A program made the translations under genes and the position numbers. Below, piece by piece: positions 21,901 to 33,900 of a stretch of DNA of 45,493 nt. The stretch spans positions 1 to 45,493 of the IMG/VR virus record IMGVR_UViG_3300020414_001890; one strand, given 5' to 3'. The stretch's first letter is position 1. Every line of letters begins with the position of its first letter. The notes below the pieces were generated by a model that was given only the letters and a program-made list of their open reading frames with translations, ran no database searches and was not told the origin of the DNA. This DNA is from a virus. Its lineage: Duplodnaviria; Caudoviricetes.

Positions 21901-24900
21901 GAATCTGCTGCAGCACTTGCAAATGTGTGGACAAATTGTGAGTCTGCATTACTTTCACCAACATCAACAGTAAATGTGTCTGTAGTAACTGCAGTAATTG
22001 GAAGGACAGCATTGAAAGCTGGATCTGTTGTGCGAGGATACAACTGGACTGCTTGATTACCATCACTAGTGCAAGTAAATCCTAAGGATTCCTGAGCAAA
22101 AGCAATGAAATCAGATGTAGTTAATCCATGACCTGCAACTGTAAGAACTAACAGTCCATTTGCAGGATCATATGTCCCTGTAGTTGGAGTTAATGTAGTT
22201 AGATTTGCAGTTGTAGAATCTGTAATTCCAGCATCCGTTTTCTGAGTCAATCCATGAGATCCTTGGATTGTAATAAACTGGTTATTGATAACCTGCTGAG
22301 CAAACGTATTTAATGTTTGAATTGCAGTGATGTATAGACTTTCCTCACCCTGGAAATTAGTAATAGCAGTTGGACTATTAACTCTATCGACTAAGGTTGC
22401 AGCATGATCCCAGATGTGATTATTACTTCCATTATTGAGATCTTCAATGAGAGCATCAGTGATTGCATTCATTGCAGGTGCATATGAATATCCAGCTTCA
22501 ACCTTATTATACTTCCAGAAGTATGCTCTACCTGCATTACTGGAATTTGCGACTGTAGAATCTGGAGCACCACCAATAATTCTATTAGCACCGATTGCAC
22601 AACTGTATCCAAGATCATCTCCAGTTCTGCTAGAACCTGTAGGAAGAATGGTTTCATTAGTGCCATCTAAGTCATAGACATAAATGCTGCCACTGTTTGC
22701 ACCGTCATTGTCATCACTCCATGCGCCAACAACAACTTTATCAATACCAACAGCAACAGATCTACCAAAGTAATCACTCGATGCTCCATCAGAAGCAGTG
22801 ATCTTAATTTGATTTGTGCCATCTAGATCATGAATAAATGCAGCACCAGAATAAGGAGCATTACCACTATTAGGCGTTCTCCACATACCAACAACAACTT
22901 TATTTGCACCTACAGCAACATCCCAACCAAAATAGGCAGAAGTATGGATCCCAGAAGGAGGCATAATCTTGACTTCATTTGTGCCATCTAAGTTATAGAT
23001 GTATGCAGCACCAGCGTTGCCAGCGCGATCATCTTCATATGGTGCGCCAGCGACAATTCTATCATTACCGATTGCAACACTAATGCCAAAATTGTCATTA
23101 GATCCTGCGTTAGAAGCGACAATCTTACGAATGAAGGTGCCATCTGTCTGATAACAATAAACAGATCCCTGATCGCTGGCGGTTACATTGTCGCGATAAG
23201 ATCCAATAACAATTAAATCTTCATCATCAATAGCAACATCATAACCAAAGTATCCACTAGACTCAGGATCGCTAGGAACGATCTTGACTTCATTAGTTCC
23301 GTCAAGATCATAAACATATACTGCACCAGCCGCCGAAGATCCAGTATCTTCACCATAAGCACCAACTACGATCTTACCATATCCGACAGAAACTGACCAT
23401 CCAAAATAGTCATATTGCTGTCCATCACTAGCAGTAATCTTGAATTGATATTCACCATCTAAGTTATAAACATAAACACTACCAGACTGAGTGCCCATGT
23501 CATCATCATAGGGAGATCCAACAACAATTACAGTTTCACCAACATCAACAGAATGACCATAGTCATCATAAGAAGTGTAATCAATAGCCGACAGCGCAGT
23601 AGATTCAGTTGTTGTGTCTAAAACAAAGGGTAAATTTGCAATAGTCCTATCTCTAATCTCTAGAGCCATAAGATCTTTATTGTCTCTAATTAGATTCGCA
23701 GCATCATGATACCTTTGAGTGTTTGTGCTGTGATAGGAATTAGATCCATCGGTAGATCTCTTAGTTGCCAAGACGGCATCATTATTGAAGAAGTGACCAT
23801 TGACCCAATCTTCTGCGCCAGACCAGTCATCAACATATGTGGATTTATGAGCGCCATCGAAGTGAAGTAGTAATACAGTATCAGTATCACCTTGGAAGAT
23901 TCCTGTGGGAGCGGTAAACGCATCAGTATAACGAGCAGTAGTAGAGATTCTCAACTCATCAATGTAACCAGGGAATTCTGTAGCACCATTCCAGTCACCA
24001 CCAATACGGACTGGTTTAGTAGTGCCATAGTTGCTACCGTCAGAATAATCACCACCCTCTTGTGCTCCATTCAAGAACATCTTGGTTGTGCTACCGTTTC
24101 TAGAAACAGCAACATGATACCAAGTGCCAGCAACTAGATTTGTTGCACCAGTGATCGTATTGCTACCATTTACATAATACTTGAGATTTGCACCGTCAAG
24201 ATGTAAGTATGGAGCAACTTCAGTTGCAGCAGATCTGAAATCTACAAGAGTCTTACTACCTGCAGCAACAGAGTTGGGTTTAATCCACAATTCAATAGTG
24301 AAGTTATCTGTGCCAAATCCAAACTCAGTGGATGTTGGGATAGTCAAATATTCATCAACAGGGACAGCACCAACATTTACAGTGATTGTAGTATCAGTTT
24401 CTGCAGTGATTGCAATTGCTTGACCAAACTGAGGATCTGTTGCTCTAGGATAAGCGTAATTATTGGTATCGCCATCAGATTCACAAGTAAACGTAACGCC
24501 ATCAGCAACAATTTGAATCGTGTCAGATGTGGTTAGTGTATGTGTGCCAATCTCGATAACCATGAGACCCGTAAGGGGGTCATATGTAGTGCCTGTGGCA
24601 GCGGTGAAGGGACCTTCAGCACCACCAGTGACCGTAATACCATCAGTAACACCACTTACAAATGTATGAGGTGAAGTGCCCTTAGATAGAGCGAGGCAAG
24701 CAGTGCCAAACTTCTTATTGTAAGTGTTTAACTCAGCACCAGCAACGAAGGTTGCATTATGATAATCCTCACCAGAAGGTTGAGTTCTTCCAATCTTACC
24801 AAGGTAGATAGTATTGAGTGATTGATTATAACCAATAATTTCTGCCTTTGTTGTTTCAGATCTTAGGACTTGACCGATTGAGAAGAAACCAGATCCAACT

Positions 24901-27900
24901 TTATCTGTAAGAGTTAGTTTTCTTACGCCAATGTCCTCAGTATTACTAAAGTTGCCACTAGAGTTACCATAATCAATGGTATAGTTTCTGATAACCTCAT
25001 CCTCTTGGAAAGTACCACTTCCATTATCGTATCTAAGTAGATAATTATTTACGATCTCATTAGAGGGGAATCTTGCATTAAATGCAGTGGTATTATCAGT
25101 AAAGTTGACAATATTAAGTTGAGACTCAGAAATATCATCTAAGACAACATTGGGGAATGTAGTAGAGGTAATTCTGTTAAACAGAAGACCGAAGAAAGAA
25201 GATCCTTCAGAGATATTAATCTGATTAATAAACTCCTGAGTATAAGGATCCTGATAAGGAGCAGTAGATGTAATTTGAGCAACAACTCCAGATCCAGCAG
25301 CAACAATGTAGTCATTAAGTTGAATATCAAATAAACCAGGAGTAGACTGATATGTGCCAGATGTCTTACTCAAGAGTAGAGAATTATTCAGTTGAATCTG
25401 GGTGCCATAAATTGGAGTGTTTTCTGGTTGTGCAATTTGAGTGGTGCCCAACTGAGATCTAGTAACATCTAAAGTTGTAGAATCATTGTTATCAGTAATT
25501 GCATCAACAACAAAGATTTCAGATCCAAGTTGATAATTTTCTCCAACTACGAAAGTTCCTGCAGGAAGAGGACCAAGAGTGCCATTATCATTGATAACTT
25601 CAAAAGAAGTTGTAGAAACACCAATCTGATAACGAAGTTGTGCAATAGGAGTTTCGGCACCAGTGTCTAGGTTAATTCTTTCAACCTTAGCAACGTCTCC
25701 TGTTAGGTTAGTAACAGTTTCTCCATAGAAGAAGAGACCGTTGTTTACAACATCAGTAATTGCAGCAACGTTTGCCAAGAAACCTGTGGTAGATCCTTGA
25801 ATCAACTCACCATTGGCAACATCAAAAGCACCTTCGGTGATAAATGCTCTTACAGTTTGACCAGTAACACCTACAACAGTTGCTCTAGCACCACTGACAG
25901 CACCAGAAATCTCATTACCTACTAGAGGGAAAATACCGCTAGTAAAACTAAATGTAAAGTCTTTAGTTTGAATTGGATTGAATGTTACTGAAACATACTT
26001 TACGCTAGCAGGAGGTTGAGGAGGCTCATTGAATACAATAGAATCACCAACAACGGTAAACGCTCTACCAGGAGCCTGTGCAACGCCATTAAGAGTAATA
26101 ACTAGTTGCTTCTCATCAGCAATAACTGTATTTCCATCGACAGTCAGTGGGAATGCAGTGCGAATACCATCAAAGAGATTTGAAACATCATCAACCTTTT
26201 GGACAACAGAAGTCAAGATATTCTCCGAAGAGGTCAATCTCTTCTGTCTGAATAGGACTTCAGTATTGTTAAAGTCCTGATAGATTGGATCGACAAGAGC
26301 GAAGTTTTGAATATTTGGCACGATTGCGCTTTGTGCCAACTCAACAGACTTAGTAATCTGGAAGTCAATTTCCTTATTAGGAATTCTTGTATCTTCAGTG
26401 ACATTTAATTCACCAAACACCTTGAAAGATGCTGGGTGGACATTTTTCAGAAGAATATTCTTCCAGTCATTGATAGAAACAGAAGATTTGACTGCATAAG
26501 AGAAGTCCTGATAATAGTAAGAGTCCTGAATCTTTTGAATAATTTCGGAGGGTTTACCTACATCATCAATAAACTGACCTGTAGTTCTCGTAATAGGACC
26601 AATTTCGAGGACGCCCTTTGCAATCTTCAGATCGGTAATAACACCAGAGGACTTAGAAATTACACCAGTGATAGACTCACCGACTTGGAAATTGCCATCA
26701 TAGTCAACAATCTTGACAATTCTAGGACCAACTAACCAACCTTGGTTTGTAGAAACATATCCAGTTGCAGTTGCCTGCTCCAAGGAAGGACCTTGATAAA
26801 CATATTCACCTTCCAAGAATGTAGAAGTAACAACATTTGCTTCTGCAGCACCACCGAAAGATGATGTCAATACTTGCTGTCTTCCTGTGCCAGTATTAGC
26901 AAAGGAAATGGGATCGCCCAACTCAGCATTCTGTGGGGTAAGTGCAAGACGCAACTGATCATCCTCTAGAGATTGTGCAGATCCAGAGATAGCATAATAA
27001 GTTGTTGTGCCATTAAGTCTACCAATAGCACCAGAAGCGAGAGGATAAACAGCACCATCACCAATATCAATTACATTCAAAGTAACTGCAGCACCATTTG
27101 GAATTCCATGTGGGAATGCAAACTGAAGGAGACCCAAATCTAGGTTTACAACATAGTTGAAGGAAGACTTCAATTCAACTGTTGGTGGAGAAGAGTAACC
27201 AGATCCAGGATCTTTAACGATGATTTGATCAAGTCTGCCGTTTTGAATTGTAGATTCAGCAATTGCACCCTGACCACCTCCACCAGTGATAACAACAGCA
27301 GGTGCTTGAGTATATCCAGATCCAGGATCAGTAACACGAATATTTTGAAGAATGCTTGTGTTTGTCAACTGAGCATTCAGTGGGAATGTAATTTCAGGTC
27401 TAAGAGTGTAATCATGTGTATAATCATAACCAAAGTTATTATTCTTCAGTTTCTTGATCGTGCCAACATTATCTGCCTGAGCAAAAATAGATGCACCTGT
27501 GCCAAAAGGAGGAATAACTACTGTGAGATCTCCACCAGAACCTGCAAGTCCAGGTCCAAGAATACCAGGAATTGACTCAATATCAATAGAAGCTGTGGTG
27601 TAACCTTTACCAGGAGAAGATACTGTTGCTCTTACAATTTGACCAAGAATGGTGTTTCCTTCAGCATCTGTAGTATTTTCAACTTCAATAGTTACAAATC
27701 CACCTTCACCATCACCAGAAATGGGGACGCTGTTATAAGTGCCGACAGCATATTCTGTGCCAGGCTCATTAATTTGGACTCTTTCAATTTTTCTGTTTGA
27801 TTCAATGCCTGTAACAACTGGCAGTTTAGTGTAGAATCCACCTCTATTAACAATTCTAATATCCGCAATAGATCCAACAGACTTAGAAGAATCCGTAGAA

Positions 27901-30900
27901 TATGTGGTATTTGTGGTTTCGCCATCACCCTCTGGCTCGGAAGCCAATTCAAATCTCATAGTGTCATCACCTGTGGTGATAGTGCCACCAGAGGTTTCAG
28001 TAATTACAAATTGTCCCAGATATGGAGTATCACCAATATTCAGATAACTGTTGGTATCAATAGGTGAATCTGCACCAGTTCTGGAAGGATCGAAGTAATA
28101 AGAAATATTAGTAACAATTGACTTATCAATTTTAAACTTAATAGAAGGTCTTGATGTGCCCTCTTCGATAACACCAGGAGTGCCAAGTCTTTCAATAATG
28201 TTGAAAGAATATTCTAGTTTATTGAGACTATCTTTGGAGAAAGATAGGTTAGCACCAAGCATGGTTGAGTGACCAACATCAAACAGATATTGGTGACCAT
28301 TATACATCTTCAGTGTAGGAGACTTGGAGAAGAATTCTACAGAGGATACAGCAGTAACGGGTAGAGAAACAGCAACAGCAGGTAACTTATAAGTAAATTC
28401 TTTACTGCTTATTACTCTATCAACAATGAAAGATCCATTATATTCATCATATGTAATTCCACCAACTTCCTGTGGTTGATGTCCATCCGTGTAGAAATTA
28501 TCACCAACATTCATGTAGTGGCTAACATCAGTGATTACATAAACTTCATCACTATTGCTTACATTTGTAACTTGAAGAATTTTTTCAAGTGTTGCAATTA
28601 AATCAATTTTTGTTACACCAGTCAGACCTGTAATCTGAATGGTATTGTAATCAGAATTGTAAGAAACATTAGACTCTGCAATGTTAATAACAGATCCTGG
28701 GACATATGGGGAAGTGCCACTGATTTCACTGACTTTAACAATAAAATTAGAATCATCAAAAGTTTCAATGAATTGTGCAAATTGATGTAAGTTATTAGTG
28801 CCACCTGTTAGCGAATTGAAGTTGCTAAGAGCAATATCAAAGGTGCCAGGCGTGGTATTATTGATAATACCGAATTCATATCTTTCGAGAAGGTTTACAT
28901 CAGCAGTAACTGGACCTCTGATTCCAAAGGTCTCAAATTCATCAAACCTTTCTGTTCTGAGTCTGCCTGTATTGTAATCATTACTCCAACTGTTATTATT
29001 AACAGCAACGGAAATTTTATTATTTTCTCTATCAATAGAAGTGATATAACCACTATTGATAAAAGTGCCTGTAGGAGATTCTAAGACTAACTTACCACCA
29101 ACTGTAAATGCAAATGATTGGTTTACAGTCAAGATCTGGACATTATCAATCTTACTAGTATTAGCTACTTTGAAGTAATATCTATTCTTAACAACAGCAC
29201 TTGCCTTGACTTTTTGAGATCCAGGAGAAGGAATTGTTGCCGTGCGAGAGAATAGGATATCTTGAGTATATCCTAAAACCTCGGTATTGTGGACGCCAAT
29301 CAACGTGGATTCGCTGTAGTCTAGAGACTGAATACCACTTCCACCAATTTGGAATGTGGTTACAGCGGGAGATAGAGTGCTGATATTGAAATCAATATTA
29401 GTTCTAACAGGATTGACTTGAGTATTGGGTCTTAGAGTAAAGTCACCAGTATATCCATCAAGGTTAGTCTTATCAACCTTAATACCTGCAGCTTTATAGT
29501 TAATATAATCATATCTCTTCAGATAATCAGTAAACCACTGAGTATTTTGCCAAGTATAGTTAATAGCAAATGCACCTGATGTTGGCAATACAGTAACATC
29601 ACTAGGTACTGTGATAGTAGTAGCTCTATTCTTAAGTCTTAGATTATCAATAAAGAATTGTCCCTGATAATCATCAGTAAAGTCTGCTGCACCAGTGCCC
29701 CATCCAGGTTGGTTAGCAATATACAAACTCTTATTGTTTAGAGCAGTATTAGGAATATTACCACTAACTACTTCAATTCCATTGATGTAAACTCTGAAGA
29801 AATTGCCAGATTTCTGGATTGCATAGAATGCCCAAGTATTATCAGCATACAGAGAGTTGACTGTGCTAGAAACTGGAGTGCTGGATTGAATAGTTGCTGC
29901 ATTATTTGCAACTGCCAGTTGTAGATATCCAGTAGCAGTGTCATAACCCAACCAAAGACCACCATCAGCATCCTGAGCACCACCGATACCAACTAAAGTT
30001 TGATATGATTGAGAAAGTGTGTTGGTTTCTGTGGAATCTTTGAAGAGCATAAACTCAAGAGTCCAGTCACCAGATAACTTACCTCTAGTATCAGTATTTG
30101 TTGCTTGGAGATATGAATTATTCCAGGTAGCATTATTACCTTGCTGATATCCAAGAATTTTAAGATATCCATTAAGGAAAGATAGACCAGCACCTGTCTG
30201 TCCTACAGGAAGAATATTATAGTGATCAGTTAAATCAGTAAAGTCTGAAGTAAAGTCTAGAATAAAGTCATTTCTATTCCACTTAGTTTGACCAAACAGA
30301 TAAGAGTCACCAGAGTTATCGGTTGCGATACACTCTACATCAAAACCTTCAATATTATTTTCAGACGCACCCGTTGCTTTAAGTTTGTTAGAAGTTACAT
30401 TTACCTTCTCACCCTTGTAGTTAATTCTAGCGGAAGCAGAAGTAATCTCACCAGTGGTTGCAGTTTCAGTGAAAGCAACATTCAAATCACCAAAAATATC
30501 AATTTCTGCGCCAGAAGCAATTTCCATTCTTTCGCTACTGGTCAAGTATCTCTTAGACCAAACAGCTTCTAAAGATGTATTGAATTTAGCAACAAAGAAT
30601 CCTTGCTGGACAGTTGCATCAGACTTGAGAGGACTATCTGCAACAACATACAATTCATTATATTCATCCAATGCCATGACTGGATTTACAACAGAGAATC
30701 CAGAATAAGCAAATTTCTTCATCGAATTAATTTCGATGATATTATTGATAAACTGCGCTTCGCCAATAACAATATCTCTATCGGTAGCAGTGTTATTTTC
30801 TGCTACTTCCATGCAGAAGTAAATTTTCTCATCAATGATAAAGAGGTCTGTTAGTTTTTCAGATGTGTTGAGACCAGCAATCTTTCTCTTACTTACAAAA

Positions 30901-33900
30901 ACACCAGCAGTATCAATGATTGCAAGGAATCCATCATAAGGATTACCAGAGTTTGTATTGGTAAAACCACCCAGAAGATATCTGGATTCACCAAACTTCT
31001 TAATGCAAGTAACAGTATCTTCTCTGGTAGAACCTGAGATGCCTGCATATGCTCTCTGAATAGTTAGAGATGCATCTTGTCCCTCAAGATTTTCCTCATA
31101 CTTCAAGAGGACGATATCGGGGTTATATGCATCGAGCAATGGTGTATTAGGACGATTACCACCAACAATCCAAATATCGTTACCATCAACTAAAATTTTG
31201 TTAAACTCAAGGTATTGATCAGATCCTACAGGTGCATTAACCTCACATGTCTTATACCACTGAAGAATACCAGCATCAGATACTTTAGCGATAAATCCAA
31301 TGTAGTTGCCCGATCCATCGAGCATTTTTCCACAAACGTAGAGACTCTTGTCTGTAGCAATAAAAGTGTCATTGATAATTAGATCATTACCTGCACCTTC
31401 AAGAATAGAAACCCAATAATTGGATTTTTTGAATACCTGAGGATGACTGAGGATCAATCTAGGATTCTCTGTATATCCAGATCCAGCATTGATAATGTTA
31501 AACTGACTAATAGCACCAACATTGGAAACTACAGCGGTAATTTCAGCAGATTCACCATCACCATCAATAATTACTGTTGGGGGAATGTCTTCATTATAAC
31601 CAACACCATTTTGAGTGACAATAATTTCTTCAATACCTTTATATTGACGAACGACATACTCCTTATTGGTGTTATCCATGATTGGAGTATAATCAACAAA
31701 AATCTTATCTCCAAGAATCAATTCGTGGGGAGTTGAAGTTTGAATAATACCGATATTCTTATTATCAATATTTTGATAGGTATAAGAAGAAATATTCTTA
31801 CCTGTAATTTTAGATACTCGTGCAGAAACACCACTACCATCAGTATCAGTGTTATCAAATGTTAGAATATCATTTACCTGATAGTTTTCTCCAGCGTTTT
31901 CAATTACAAAGTTATTAACAGAGGCATTTTCAAATCTTGTAATAGTTTCAACTTCAATATCAACCTTAGAGTCAAACTTAACTTTAGGGAAATAATCAAA
32001 TAGTTGTAGAGGAGATTCTTCAAATAGTTGATCAGGATCATCAATTTCATCTTGACTGATAATACCATCTCTATTTTCATCTTCTACATCAAATAATAGT
32101 ACATCACCAGATTCCGTTGTCAGAGCATTGGAAGATGCATTTGGTGCTCTCTCAACGTCAATGTCTACATTTTCATACGGATCTCTAAAGCGAATAACAC
32201 CAGTAGGAATATTTTCCTGAGTAGCATCTGTAGAGAGATTCCACTTATCTACAGTAGAATTATATTCAGGACCAATGATATAGGGGAATACTGCATTACC
32301 TGCCTCAGTATTGTCAATGGTGACAAAATAGCAATATCTACCTGTTGGGAAGTCAGGTGTTTTACAGAATCTACCATTATATTGATCTAGATCACCACTA
32401 TTGAAATTAAATTCATAGTCTTCAATATACTCACCTGCAGGATGATCTGCAAGAAGAGGACCCTGCACTCTAACTGGAATTGGATTTGTAACTGGATCAA
32501 CAACTAATGCATCTTTGAGAGCATAGGATGATCTCATTCTGGTAATGGTAGAACTCTGATCTGTAGGATCAGTATAACCATAGGGACCGTAAATTGGATT
32601 ACCGTCAAATGCCCAACCAATAATAGGAGAGTGTGCTAACTGAGTTTCTTGCTCAACTAATTCACCTGCTTGATTGCGATTTAGGTTATCACCAAGAATA
32701 AAGCGAAGTCTTTGTGGATTGGAAATATGTGCATATTCACCACCATATTCATTGTTTAGACCTTCAAAAATATAACCTTTTGATTCATCTAGAGTGGTAG
32801 TTGCTTGTAGATTATAATTCCACTCAAACACCTGAGACGTAAATTTAGCACCACTACCAACAGAAGTCAATACAATGTTAGTAGTACCTTGGACGTATCC
32901 AATACCTCTGTTTAAAATATCAATGCTGGTTACTTTTCCTGCATTCTCACCATCAATATCAATATTTGCTTTTGCGACAGCACCAAAACCATCACCAACA
33001 ATCTCAACTTCTGGTGCAGTGGTATATCCTGTGCCACCAGAAATGATAGCAACGGAAATAATTCTTCCGTTATTGACAATTGCTTGTGCAACAGCACCTT
33101 GACCAGAGGTAAGGATAACATCAGGATTACTAGTATAAGAAGATCCACCATCAATGATGTTTACTGACTTGATACCACCTCTAACCTCTGCAGTAGCAGA
33201 AGCGCCAAGACCCCCACCACCAACAATAGAAATTTCTGGTTGTGAAGTATATCCTGTGCCGCCGTTATTTACAAGAATTTTAGATACTACGCCTCTTGTA
33301 ATAATAGCAGTAGCAGAAGCGCCTTCGCCGCCACCACCAACAACAGAAACTAGAGGAGAAGATGTATATCCACTACCACCATTATCAACATTAATTGCAG
33401 TGATGGATCCATCAACAGTTACATTAGCACGAGCACCAGATCCCCCACCATTTGAAATGGTAATTGTTGGAGGACTTGCTGCATCATAATTTGTGCCTGG
33501 ATCTGCAATAGAAACTGCAGTTACAGGACCAAATGTTTCTTTTTCGGTAGATTTATAAGACCATGCAGAAACACCATTAACCCAAGTGCCAATTCCACCA
33601 CTAGTGGCAGTATCTTTGATAGAAATCGTTTGGGTATTAAATGGAATTCTATTTAATTTTCTCTGGTTTCCAGGAAGCAACGCAGATCCTGAGAAAGGAC
33701 CGATTTGATAGTTTGGAATACCTGTAGATGCAACATAAACATGCTGATCGTTGAAAAACGAGTTTTGAATGTTTGTTGTATATGGAGAGATTGCAGCATC
33801 AATAGCAGTGTTTGGAGACTTACCTTTGTTAAGGTTAACAGAGATAAGAATGTTTCCTTGTGGATTTACAAGTGCAGGAGCTGGGAGAATGTATTGGAAT

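Noticed and set aside
31326-31334. Isolated TTTTCCACA inside gp7 (and a one-mismatch copy at 42581)
   Set aside because: Single copies in coding sequence are consistent with chance.
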